DNA of 64,000 nt from Pavona decussata (taxonomy: Eukaryota): assembly GCA_977016875.1 (NCBI GenBank), contig CDRNST010000199.1:248001-312000 (forward strand), written 5' to 3'. Positions 52,153-63,466 of this stretch are shown piece by piece. Under the pieces are notes generated by a model that was not told the DNA's origin, did not search any database, and saw only the letters and a list, made by a program, of their open reading frames with translations. Made by a program: the position numbers and the translations under genes. Position 1 is the stretch's first letter, and each line of letters begins with the position of its first letter.

Positions 52153-53050
52153 CCCGGGGGAAGGGGGCGGGGGGGGGGGGGTTCTTGGGTTCAGTTTTGC
52201 TGGGTATGTGCCGCTGGCCTCTCATAGCCCCTGCCCCATTATAGTCTATTTTGTGGCCAGCCCCATCCTAGTCACTTTTTGGGAAAATGTAATTTTCGCG
52301 ATCCTAACTAAGTCACCTTCTATTTATGCATCTACTTTCAAGAACGGAATGTAATGCGAGGTGATTGTTACATTTAAGGTGGGGGTTCACCTGAAAGCCG
52401 TTTTCGCGCCGCTTAAAATCGGTCAAATGAAAATATCTTATTTGCATTTCAAGCAGTACAAAAACCCTCCATTCATAACACAAATCAATGATTTGGGGTG
52501 TTTTATGAATTTTTGGGTGATTTTTAGGTATATTTGGATGCAGAGTCCCACCCTCACCGGTCCACCCGCCGAGGGAGCTCCGAAAACCTGTTGATGCTGA
52601 AAACATTATAAATAGGACGCGACAGCGTCTTTCCCTCCCATGTGGGACACATTTTCTTAGACGTGCACGAGGCACGGCCTCGTTTTGGTGCGAAGCTTGT
52701 TTTCGTCCTATAGCGGATAAAATCACTTTTTTCGTTCACAACTCTGACAGAAGTCTTGAACGCGTGGATTTCTTGACATCTTTTGGGTTAATGTTGATTA
52801 CATCAAGGATTTTCTTGAAAATGTTCGTCTTAATAAACAACAACTTTCTGAACTTTTTAACCGAGACCATTTTGAATCCCTACTTAATAGAATTTTCTTA
52901 CCCCAAAAATCCGAAAATGTGCGACACCATTCTAGTAACTCTATTGAATATGCAACCCCATTGCAGTCAATCCAGTCATGAAAATGCGACCCCATCCAGC
53001 GGCACATCCCCATTAGCCTCTTATAAGGAAGTAACCCCCCCCCCCCCCGG
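52153..53050. mobile_element. C/G-tract-ended MITE, probably with a nested truncated insertion (~52373-52856)
   Basis: CCCGGGGG..GGGGTTCTT and AAGTAACCCCCCCCCCCCGGG ends; abrupt internal change starting at TTAAGGTGGGGG. Confidence 0.45.
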
Positions 53051-53208
53051 GTTCTGCATGTACTGTTCAGTCAGCATCAGCCAGACATAACTATTAGTAA
53101 TCAATGATCTGTTACGTCAATGAGTAATCAATTGATTAATCATTAAGTATTGGCAATACTCAAGGGGTAATCAATTACTAATATTAATAGAACCAAAATT
53201 TTTGTGGG

Positions 53209-53610
53209 CTATTGACTACTCATTGATGTCATTGATTACTCATTGATATCATTGATTACTCATTGAAATCATTGATTACCAATTGATATCATTGATTACT
53301 CGTTGATATCATTGATTACTCATTGAAATCATTGATTACTCATTGAAATCATTGATTACTCATTGAAATCACTGATTACTCATTGATATCATTGATTGCT
53401 CATTGAAATCATTGATTACTAATTGATATCATTGATTACTCATTGATATCATTGATTACTCATTGGAATCGTTGATTACTCATTGAAATCATTGATTACT
53501 CATTGATATCATCGATTACTCATTGAAATCATTGATTACTAATTGATATCATTGATTACTCATTGATGTCATTGATTACTAATTGATATCATTGATTAAT
53601 AATTGATATT
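53209..53610. repeat. Minisatellite, ~20 copies of 20-bp CATTGATATCATTGATTACT (left half)
   Basis: Tandem units read directly, with variants GAAATC/GATGTC and ACTA/ACTC; no spacers. Confidence 0.95.
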
Positions 53611-53794
53611 ATTATACAATGCTGATGCTATCTCAATTTTGATTGGCTAAAAGCACCCCGCTAATTCTAGATGGCGCTGTGTCATCGCGTCACATCTACA
53701 GACACTGGCGTTTATGCATGTAGGTATGACGCGTTTTTGCAGACAATGGTTTTCGTCACCTGACAAGCTAGCCGGCGGTTTGAGCAAGATTGTC

Positions 53795-54979
53795 ATGGCG
53801 GAGTCCGCTCCAAGATTCGCGTCAGTCTCAGAAGCGGATTTAGGACGCCTTGTTGACGACAAGGACGCAAAGAACACCAAACGAGCTACCAAGACAGCTC
53901 TTAGAGTTTTACAGCAGTATTTGAAGGAGAAGAAAGTTCCCGAACCGCAAACCAAAGATGGCATCAGTAACGTTCTCAAACTATTTTATGCCGAAGCTAG
54001 AAAAGTCGATGGAACTTCTTATTCCAAAAGCACTCTCAACAGCCTGAGATTTGGACTGGGCAGACACTTCAAGGCGACTCTTGGCTTCGATATAATAAAC
54101 GATCCAGCATTTGCCGAGGCAAACAAAGTTTTTGGCGCCAAGTGCGTTGAACTAAAACGACAAGGGCTCGCCAAAGTCGAACACACGCCACCGATCTGCG
54201 AAGAAGATCTTAAAAAGCTGTACGAAAGCGATGTTTTTAACCAAAACAGCCCGGAAACGCTTCAAAACAAAGTTTTTTTCGAGGTTATGTTGTACTTTTG
54301 TCGCCGAGGAAGGCAAAATCTTCGTGAACTCAAAAAAGCTGATTTTTCATTCAGCACGGATGGCAAAGGTGCAAAACATGTGTGCAAAACAACAGATGAA
54401 CTCACAAACAACCGACGAGAAAATGATGAAGGATTTGAAGGAGGCGTGATGTTCGAGAAACCAGGACCACACTGTCCTGTGGCTTCATTTGAACGGTACA
54501 TACAGCACCTGAATCCCTCAAACGAATTTTTGTTTCAGCAGCCGAAGAAAAACGCCGGCATATCTGATCAAGTGTGGTACGATAACATGGTTGTCGGAGA
54601 GCGTTTGCTCGGTGAAAAAATGAAAAGGATCTCTCGAGAAGCCAAACTTTCAAAGTGTTACACCAATCACTCGATCAGGGCAACGGCGGTTACAATCCTG
54701 GACAAGTCCGGGTTCGAAGCAAGGCATATCATGGCGGTGAGCGGGCACAGAAATGAATCCAGCTTTCGGAGCTATAGCAGGACTGACATTTCAACCAAGA
54801 GAAAAATGTCGGAAACCCTGACGACAGAAAGCGAGGTGAGAGGTGAGGAAGTGGCTATTAATCCGCACCAGTTATCTCCTGTTATTAGCCTTTCTCAAGA
54901 GGAATTTATTGTACAGAACTCTCATTCAGAGATAACGAAAAATTTTAATTTCTTCAACTGTAATGTCAACATTCATTAA
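53795..54979 (+). CDS. Crypton-type tyrosine recombinase (DUF3504-related), intronless, ~394 aa
   Basis: Inside ORF 53714-54979; likely start MAESAPRFASVSE at 53795. YR catalytic motifs: YFCRRG (R), YTNHSIRAT (HxxR), IMAVSGHRNESSFRSY (H, Y). CPVASF, WYDN and C-terminal FFNCNVNI are typical of animal Crypton YRs. Confidence 0.9.
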   Translation: MAESAPRFASVSEADLGRLVDDKDAKNTKRATKTALRVLQQYLKEKKVPEPQTKDGISNVLKLFYAEARKVDGTSYSKSTLNSLRFGLGRHFKATLGFDIINDPAFAEANKVFGAKCVELKRQGLAKVEHTPPICEEDLKKLYESDVFNQNSPETLQNKVFFEVMLYFCRRGRQNLRELKKADFSFSTDGKGAKHVCKTTDELTNNRRENDEGFEGGVMFEKPGPHCPVASFERYIQHLNPSNEFLFQQPKKNAGISDQVWYDNMVVGERLLGEKMKRISREAKLSKCYTNHSIRATAVTILDKSGFEARHIMAVSGHRNESSFRSYSRTDISTKRKMSETLTTESEVRGEEVAINPHQLSPVISLSQEEFIVQNSHSEITKNFNFFNCNVNIH

Positions 54980-55020
54980 ACGCAAATCGGGAACATTTTT
55001 CATAAGACCGTACAACTTAA

Positions 55021-55848
55021 GGTGGCCGAACACAGTTTGCGCGCGCTTAACAGATTCTGTTAAGCGCGTTAAGCTTCGTGAAAAATGTGCTTTAATAAAT
55101 TGAATTGAAAATCTGTTAGGTGATGCTATTAACCGCGCGCTAGGGTTGTGGTAAGCAAATACTATCGATCCCTCGATTTTATACCAAATAGATCACAAAG
55201 GTAAGTTTTGCACTTAAAATAACTTAGTTTCTCGTTTGTGAATCCTTCTTCATTTATCGCCGAACAAGGAAAGTGAGTTTACAATGAGCTAAGCCTTTTT
55301 GTACGCTTTTCATCTTTGCTGAGAAAACCTAATTAAAAGCCACGCATGCGCATTTGAGCAAAAAATTGTGACTGGTTGTTTTAATGCAAATGAACTGTTT
55401 TCTAAGGAACCGCTCGTTAGAATTTCGTGAAATTTGACAAAACAGTAGTTTTCTATAAGCGTAACTTGCCTACAAACCAAAAACAAAATCTAACAGAAGG
55501 TATCTTCAAAAAACATTAAAGTGCAAAACCAACATTTACAGGAGATCTGTCTGTTAAAATTACATGGAAGAAGCGTCACTAAGTCAGTATTTTGTGAGTT
55601 TTTCTGGACACAAAAAATGGAAAAAATCTAACGAGTGCATTTTCCAAAAATTAAGAAAAACCATTATTTGTGGACGGTTAAAAGCTTGCTGCGTTGCCAT
55701 GGCAACGGCACCATGCTCAATAAGAAGTGTCAAAATTTATTCCTTCTTAGTTAATCTTGCACCATGCTAATTTCAGGTACTCAGAAGTATGTAGTTTTCA
55801 AATAATGTTTACTAACACCTGTGTACTGGAAAACTGTGTTCGGCCACC
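55021..55848. mobile_element. Non-autonomous TIR element (Kolobok-like) nested in the Crypton 3' region
   Basis: Perfect 18-bp TIR GGTGGCCGAACACAGTTT. TTAA TSD at 55017-55020 and 55849-55852. RR..YY termini with TTAA fit Kolobok rather than piggyBac. Confidence 0.85.
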
Positions 55849-56230
55849 TTAACTTTAGAATTTTGTTCAAAAGTTTCAGTTCGATTCAGTTTTTCCTGAA
55901 ACGTTTTCAGATGTTTTAAGCTTAAATCCTTTCTGTAAACCTTTTGAATTCCGCTTTACACGTTATTCACGGCTGTCATTAATAAAGATGTTTACACTGA
56001 AACGTGTCATTGCGTGGCTTACTTTGTTGTTGTTCTGTGAAATGTCTCAACGCTTGTACATTTATAATTGTATAATAAAACAATTATTGGATTCGGTTTT
56101 CGCATTATAGCGAAATTATCAAGGCCTTGGTTTGTGTTATCCGCCTCAGCCTTCGGCTTTGGCAGATAACACAAACCTCGGCCTTGATAATTCTCGCTAT
56201 CATGCTCAACCTCATCCAATAATTGCTTAT

Positions 56231-56645
56231 CATCGATTACTCATTGATATCATTGATTACTAACTGACATCATTGATTACCCATTGATATCATTGATTAC
56301 TCATTGATATCATTGATTACTCATTGATATCATTGATTATTAACTGACATCATTGATTACTAATTGATATCATTGATTACTAATTGATATCATTGATTAC
56401 TCATTGTTATCATTGATTACTCATTGAAATCATTGATTACTAATTAAAATCATTGATTACTAATTGATATCATTGATTACTAATTGATATCATTGATTAC
56501 TCATTGATATCATTGATTACTAATTAAAATCATTGATTACTAATTAAATATCATTGATTACTAATCGATATCATTGATTACTAATTGATATCACTGATTA
56601 CTCTATGACATCATTGATTACTCATTGATCTCACTGATTACTCAC
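56231..56645. repeat. Minisatellite, ~21 copies of the same 20-bp unit (right half)
   Basis: Same unit and orientation as 53209-53610; resumes immediately after the Crypton right end. Confidence 0.95.
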
Positions 56646-57377
56646 GATTAAAGATATAGAACCGTCATGCTTAATTTCCACACATGCATTTTATCCTTAT
56701 CTGGCTATTCAACAAATGTTTCGTTTCCCATCGCCCAACTAGCCCAATTTTTTGAAGTGACCACTGATATCTAACATACAAATGATCTTGAAACACCAGT
56801 TTTGAAGGGACAACGGCTTCTTTTAAATTTTCAATCTTGGGGACGACATATACTTCGAATTATTTCTTTTTTTTATTTCGTCGGCTGTCATTCTCGCAAT
56901 TATACCAACGGCTTTAATTTTTTTAATTTCCCATGCACAGATTCTATTTTTTGCCTTATCTTGGAGAAACTGTTATCCATCTTGAAAGAATTATTGCATA
57001 CCGTTTATCATAAGTAAGAAAAAAGTATGTTCCGTCGGCCAGTAAAATGACTATAAAGCCTTCCATTGTACCAGGATAGAAACAAGGAACAGTAAAGATG
57101 TGATTCAAAAATAAACGTGGAAACAACAAGTAAACACTGAAGGTGTTAGTTTTGAACAAATCAGTTGCCCTCTGGGATCATTTGGATATTTCCTGAACTC
57201 CCTTACCTTAGAACGATTAACAATCGGAAAACGCTATTTCGGAAATTATTTTCAGCCAACAGCAGTTTTCTTTATTTGTTTCGGGATAGACTTTTGACGA
57301 GGCAAGTGAATTATCTTACCTTATGCTGGCTACGGCCCAGTGTTGTCAATGCTGTTAACTTCTTTCTCTGTTTATTC

Positions 57378-57578
57378 GCGAGGGCGCTTATTTGAGGAAG
57401 CACTTATTCGAGGTGGGCTTATTTGAGGGTGCGTTTATTCGAGGGGCGCTTATTTGAGGGGACACTTTTTAGAGGGGGCTTATTTGAGGGCGCGTTTATT
57501 CGAGAGGCGCTTACTTAAGGAGGCACGTATTTGGGGGATTCGCTCATTCGAGGACTGCGCGCGCTTATTTTATTCGAA
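57378..57578. repeat. Degenerate tandem repeat, ~15-bp unit (GAGGGCGCTTATTYG)
   Basis: About 12 imperfect copies; typical of subterminal repeats in TIR elements. Confidence 0.8.
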
Positions 57579-57729
57579 TGTTTTGGTATTAGTGGAAACA
57601 TTATCCAGAGGAAATGAGTTATTGTTCATTGATAGCGAGACGCTACAGCGGCAGTCTTCTGAAATCCTAGCGGCTCATCAGTTTCTACATCAAGCTGGAT
57701 CTGGGAACCTTCCTCCCTTCCTTCGGGGA

Positions 57730-57935
57730 GGCGGCGTGGCCCAGCGGATAAGGCGCCGGACTTGAAATCCAGAGGTCCCGCGTTCAAGCCCCGTCCTCAG
57801 CCACGCTTGTAAATAGCTAGGTGGTCTTTTTCATGTTTAATTTGAGTATTATTTGTTTCCCGTTATTTCTGAGTGGAGTCCCTGTTACCTACCTTTGGGG
57901 AGCTAAGTGCATTTCCACTATAAACAAGCATTTGA
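57730..57935 (+). mobile_element. tRNA-derived SINE (tRNA-like head)
   Basis: A-box TGGCCCAGCGG, anticodon-like arm GGA-CTTGAAA-TCC and B-box GTTCAAGCC, but no acceptor stem; followed by a non-tRNA body. Confidence 0.6.
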
Positions 57936-59180
57936 CATTTGATACAGCATTTGATCAGATTTCTGTTATTTTATATTAAAGAAACTTCCATTTGGAAAGG
58001 TTTGGTCAGCTTGGTCAACCAATCAAATGGCTAACTTGTCAGGTAGGATCAGAGGATACTCCTCGATCGTCGGAATTTGAGTCGTGTGCCACCCGGTTTT
58101 CCAAGTTCTGGCCCTCTTTCTGCCCAAACTATTTAATTTTGCCAATGATTGGCCCACTTTCAGACCTTCTCACTAAAACCCATTCCCATTTTAAGACCTA
58201 AAGTTTCAGACGATGCAAAATGGCTCAAAACATGTAACACTTCTAAAAAAAACCACATCCTCTGGGGCATTGTACACCTATATAGTAGAAACCAATAATT
58301 AACAGTGTTTGCAAGGACCACCGTGACAAAGTAAAAGTACCGGATCCTGTAGTGAAGGATTCAATCAGCAAAAAAAAATTGTTGAAAAAATAATCTAAAA
58401 AAGAGCAAGGCTGATTTCACGGTCAGGAAAGCATATTTTTCCAATATTTCGAAAGGCACGGCCTTTCTTCTTCATGGAATGTTTGATACTGTAGTATGAT
58501 AGTTTGTGTAAGAGGGTATAGCACCCCCTCCCCCCACCGAGGTAAATGTTAAGTTATGTTTCTTTTAGTAATTCCAGTTTCGTGTCAAAACTCGGTGAAA
58601 TGGCCAACTGAATCGCAGTTTCTCGTTCCGCTCTACATTCCCCTGGAACTTAGTCTTTTCGCAGCCTAGGCCATGGTTTCGTTTTGTGTGGACCAATCAG
58701 AGTACAAGAAAGTCAATAATACAAAATTCGACTAACTGAGTATCATCTGCATCCATCCAATAGAACTCACGGCGTCCACAATGGAGAGGGAAGTTGCCAA
58801 AAAAAGAGGGGAGGAAAAAATACCCTCCTCCTTTTTTCTTCCCTCAAAATCCCCTCTCGTCCTCCTTTTCGGCTTTTTCGCAGGCCATCGCGCCCTTGAT
58901 ATTTCCACTTATTATAATGAGTCTGTAATTGTATGTAAATAGATCACTCTTGGATCACCCAGATGCAAGGCCAAAGTAAGTATACTATCGAGCAAGTCAA
59001 AGCGGTATCTTTTAGCAGGTGGTAATGTATTTATATACCGCACGTATCACATAGTCTCTCACCCCATGACGTCCGTGAGAACGGACGTCAGCACGAAAAG
59101 GCACCACTGGCAAACGCCATCACTCCATATTTTGGTCTCACCCACCCAACTTAACTCACGCATGAATGTGAAATACATAT

Positions 59181-59470
59181 ATCTTATTCGATAGTTTTAC
59201 ATATAATACGCGCGGATATTTTGCGAGTTGTGTGGTATTTTTCCAAGCCGTGAAGCGGCGAGGAAAAATACGAGCAATGAGCAAAATGCAATGTCCGCGT
59301 GCATTATATGTAAAACCATCGAATAAGAGATTTATTATTCCACTACAAAAATATTTTGTTATTTTGGCTTCTCGTTTCCGATAAGAGTGTTGAAATACAC
59401 CCGGCATTTTACTGTCCACCAGTATACCGGCGTGTGCGAATGACGTAAACGACACAAAAAGCCAGTGAAA
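59181..59470 (-). mobile_element. Crypton-like hairpin-ended element, truncated
   Basis: ~150-nt hairpin at 59181-59329 with apex CC-AA-GCCGT-GAA-GCGGC-GA-GG. Confidence 0.55.
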
Positions 59471-59660
59471 TGTCTCAATCTCGTTCCCAGCGTCTCTCCT
59501 CTTCCTGGGAACGAGGTTGGAATGTCTTTTTGTCTTGTCCGTACTTGCTCTGTTGAAAACCGGTCAAACCGGAACACTTTAACGTATTACGGTCTTATAC
59601 GTATTTGGAGAAATGACAGAACAGTGCAATAATAAATATGAATACACAACAACATTGGTC

Positions 59661-59895
59661 ACCGGAGATTACGTCCCCTACTTTTTTCAAACAGTGTGTG
59701 GGTTCTTTAACGTCCCGCAGATTTTCAGGAACACGTATTGTGAGACGGGACCTACGATTTCTCGTCCCTATCTTAGAAGAGTAGAAAGTCTAACCGTTTG
59801 CAGATGTCATTATAAAGGCAGCACTTTTCCTCAGTAATTTAAAGGCCCTGAGTGTTGTTCCGGCTGGGGTTTGAACCCGCGACCTTCCGCACGGT
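59661..59895 (-). mobile_element. tRNA-derived SINE, same family as 3505-3779
   Basis: Shared body, e.g. TATTGTGAGACGGGACCTACG..TAGAAAGTCTAACCGTTTG..TGAGTGTTG..TTTGAACCCGC. Confidence 0.7.
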
Positions 59896-59952
59896 CTGTC
59901 AGCTGTGTGGCGAGGCCGCTGGCCTTGGACCCCGGGGGTACTATATATATTA

Positions 59953-60576
59953 GGCCCGGTTCATACGTCGAACTTTACATGAGCCGAACCTAATACCTAT
60001 TAAGGTCGACCCAAATAATTAAGTTCGGCAGTTGATTCAGACGTCGAACCTAACTGAAGTCGAACTTAATTAAAGCTCAAGTGAAAAAGTAGATTTTCGT
60101 GGTCAGCGGCTGTTGTTTTTTCTCAACAAGATTCAAAATGGCGGGAAAGATGAAAAAGCTTGTTTGGTAAAATGGAATTGGGGGTGGTCAATAGTTTATT
60201 TTAGTATTAGTTTTTATTGATATTTCTTATGATTCTTTATAGTTATTATATTTTTATATAAAATTTTTAAATTCATGTAAAGCGCTTTTGAAGTCCTTTG
60301 CGCATGCTAAGTCGATGGAACGCGCAGATCTCTGGGATAGATATAATTTATTTAATTTATGCGTAACGTATGCATTTGGTTCGGCACATGTAAAGTTCGA
60401 CGTATGAATCGAAGTCGAACTTTTGCCGTTCTATTCGACTGGCGCAGTCGAATAGAAAGGCGGGTCGACCCAAATACAAATCTGTCGATCCTAACTGATT
60501 CATACGTCGATCTTTACATGCGCCGAACCAAATGATTAGGTTCGGCTCATGTAAAGTTCGACGTATGAACCGGGCC
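59953..60576. mobile_element. PIF/Harbinger-like MITE
   Basis: Perfect ~41-bp TIR GGCCCGGTTCATACGTCGAACTTTACATGAGCCGAACCTAA; TTA TSD; degenerate relative at ~42370-42516. Confidence 0.9.
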
Positions 60577-60578
60577 TT

Positions 60579-60950
60579 AGGGAGCTAGCTTAATCAACGA
60601 CGACGGCGACGGCAACGACAACGCCGCAAAACAATAGGTTTGATGAGCAAAAACAATCGCTCTGCACGTGCGTTTTACATTTTGGTACATTTCTTTGCCG
60701 TCCTCTGCAAAACAACAACGTGAAATGACTACATTTAAGGTTTTGTGGAGAACGTGAACGCACGACGGTGAATTTTTCATTTTCTTTCTTAAGTTGTACG
60801 CCACTCCAACCAATTTGGTCCCTGGATAGTCCGCCATTTTTGTAAAAGTTGAACGAGTTGAAATAATCGTGAAGTAGCACAAATGAAATAAAGATATATT
60901 TTCAGGTGACGTTTTCGTTGCCGTTTCCGTCGTCGTTGCTTAAGCTCCCT
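60579..60950. mobile_element. MITE (AGGGAGCTTAAGCAACGACG family), copy A
   Basis: TIRs with (GAC/GGC)-rich subtermini; inverted near-identical copy at 61173-61544. Confidence 0.85.
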
Positions 60951-61172
60951 TTTACGTATGTGCGGCGCGAATGTCAAATTATTAGGGTATGGTAAGAATT
61001 TTTGAGCCGTTTCGGTCTGAACATAGTGAATTGAAGGCAATGGTTAGGAAACCTGACAAACTTCTTTGTTATATGTTTTTGTTTGCCTTTTGGCCTTAAC
61101 CCTGCCCAAACAACAATAGAATTTGGAATGTTTTGGAGCAACTGACCAATGGAAACGTTTTTGTTAGATATT

Positions 61173-61544
61173 AGGGAGCTTAAGCAACGACGACGGCAAC
61201 GGCAACGAAAACGTCACCTGAAAATATATCTTTATTTCATTTGTGCTACTTCGCGATTATTTCAACTCGCTCAAATTTTACAAATTAAAATGGTGAACTA
61301 TCCAGGAACCAAATTGGTAGGAGTGGCGTACAAGTTAAGAAAGAATATGAAAACTTCACCGTCGTGCGTTCACGTTCTCCACAAAACCTTAAATGTGGTC
61401 ATTTCACGCTGTTGTTTTGCAGAGGACGGCAAAGAAATGTACCAAAATGCAAAACGCACGTGCAGAGCGATTGTTTTTGCTCATTAAACCTATTGTTTTG
61501 CGGCGTTGTCGTTGCCGTCGCCGTCGTCGTTGCTTAAGCTCCCT
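61173..61544. mobile_element. MITE (AGGGAGCTTAAGCAACGACG family), copy B, inverted relative to A
   Basis: TIR AGGGAGCTTAAGCAACGACGACGGC; internal sequence is the reverse complement of 60579-60950. Confidence 0.85.
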
Positions 61545-63081
61545 ATTCAACTGTGGTGTGAACGTTAAAACAAAGGATTGTGAAGGGTCGCGGCCCTTCC
61601 AACATAAATTGCAGCAGCATTGTTTTCATGGCAAGGTTTCCTAACCAGTCCCTCAATTAACTATGGTCTAAAGTAGGGTAAAGATTTTAACCATTTTGGT
61701 CTGAATTCTGAAAACGGGTAGTGAATTCTAGAGGCTCAGGTCTGAAAAAGGCTAGCAGAAAATTACATATTTTGGTCTGAAATAGCCGTAGGGTCAGAAC
61801 CACGTGCCGCACGGGGGAGTGGTTCTTGAACTTGGCCTTGAATACTTATTTATTCAAATAGGTTACCAAAACAAACATCAGTGCTGTAGCCATGAATTTA
61901 TAATGATTTTATATTGTTAAAAACGAAGTAAAAATCGAGTACACCGTTTAAATTTTTACATACTTGTCTTTTTCTTTACGATTTATGACATGAAATCATC
62001 AAATTTCTAAATTCCCTTTATATCTGAGCGACATAATTGTGCTACTTGTAGCGCTTCCACCGAACTGTTATAGATTCCTACAATTCAGTCGAATCAATAT
62101 CCAAAATTTTTCCCTCCTATTATTGGACGGTATATCTGGAATGGCGTCCCTCTATCTATTCGAACAAACTCCTCATAAGAAATTATTTAAGGTAGTTCTT
62201 TTGAAATTGTACTTCTCTTAATATTAAGATCGACTTAGTATAATTGTTCTGATCTTACTATCATCGTTATTAATAGTTTTGTCCTGTGTCTATGAAAGGG
62301 GTGGAGCGGGCATGTAGATGGCGGAAACTGCGCCCTGGCGGAAGCTAGTGCACAATGGCGTTACCAAAGTGAAGTCAAGATGGCGGGTGGAAGGTCAACC
62401 ACGCCGGAAATGCGGTCTTAGCGCGGACGGCTTGCTCCACTCGGATCTGAGCGGCCTGTGTTTATGTTATATCTATTTTCTTTCGTTTTCTTTTTTCAAA
62501 AAAAAAATAAATAAATAATAAAAAAAAGAATTTCTCCTTCACAATTCAACCATATATCTTTGTATGTTAAAGGGTAAGTATCAGTTAAACCTGGCTCTTT
62601 CTCCGTTCAAAATTTTGTTCTTTTTTGTCAATAATTGTTGCTGTTTTGATGTATTCTGTGGAGATGAATAAAGATATTAAAAAAATACTATTTTCGAGGC
62701 TAAAACGTTAAAAAAAGGATTAAGAACCAAACGTTTTCGACTAATTGAGTCATCTTCAGGGTGTTGAAAACGCTTGGTCCTCAGTGATCCTTATTATTAT
62801 TATTTTTTTTTTAACTTTTTTATCCTTGTAGTTTTTTATAGTATTTAAAAATCTCTAGCGAATTTTATGGACAACGAAAATAAAGATATGTTCTGAATTT
62901 CGTATCGGCTGAAGTTCAGGAAAACTTTAAACTTTTTGACTTTCCGCTATCTGGCAGTCCATTCTAGAACTTTGTCTCATGTATGGTGCGAAGAAAACAA
63001 TGAAAAACCCGGGTTACCTGTACTCAGTATAGATTTTTAGCATGCATTAATGTAGTGTGCGCTATGCATGCATACAATTTT

Positions 63082-63433
63082 TTACAATAACTGTCCAAAT
63101 TCCCGCGCGCTGATTGGCTCGTAGCTATTGTCTATAAGAGTACAGACAATAAAACAGTGACGTCACATGTAACGCGCGCGCTTTCTCAACGAAAAAAAAA
63201 AAAGCCAATCCCCCTCGCACTTTTTCCATGTTATTGTAAAAAACAAATCGACGGCAGTTTTCTATGGTCTATAGTTTTCTATGGCCTATACTCTACTCTA
63301 TGGTCTAAACTTGGCAGTGAAACCACTCGCCTGCGGCTCGTGGTTCCACTTGAGTTTTGAACATTTTTTGACGTCATTTTAAGGTCTATTTAACAATTAT
63401 TCCACGAGCGCGCGTTGGATATGAGTAATAGAT

Positions 63434-63466
<33 letters not shown>

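Larger units (their letters stand above)
53608..56230 (+). mobile_element. Crypton (CryptonV/A-like) DNA transposon, apparently full length, inserted in a minisatellite
   Basis: Unique sequence bounded on both sides by the same 20-bp tandem array. Left end has GATTGGCT (reverse CCAAT), then the YR ORF, AATAAA at 55981, and a 145-nt subterminal hairpin at 56081-56225. No TIR or conventional TSD; only TAT/TTAT microhomology at the junctions. Confidence 0.8.

Noticed and set aside
53714-54979. Bacterial or phage integrase (contamination or recent HGT)
   Set aside because: The motifs are those of animal Crypton/DUF3504 YRs. It has CCAAT and AATAAA signals and is embedded among host MITEs.
53209-56645. 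CRISPR array or integron cassette array flanking a recombinase
   Set aside because: Units are head-to-tail with no unique spacers or cassettes, there are no cas genes, and the context is eukaryotic. It is a minisatellite.
57730-57800. Functional tRNA-Ser(TGA)
   Set aside because: No acceptor stem or long variable arm, and it runs into a repeat body; treated as a SINE head.
60577-61644. Paired similar ORFs on opposite strands
   Set aside because: Chance frames in two inverted copies of a non-coding MITE.
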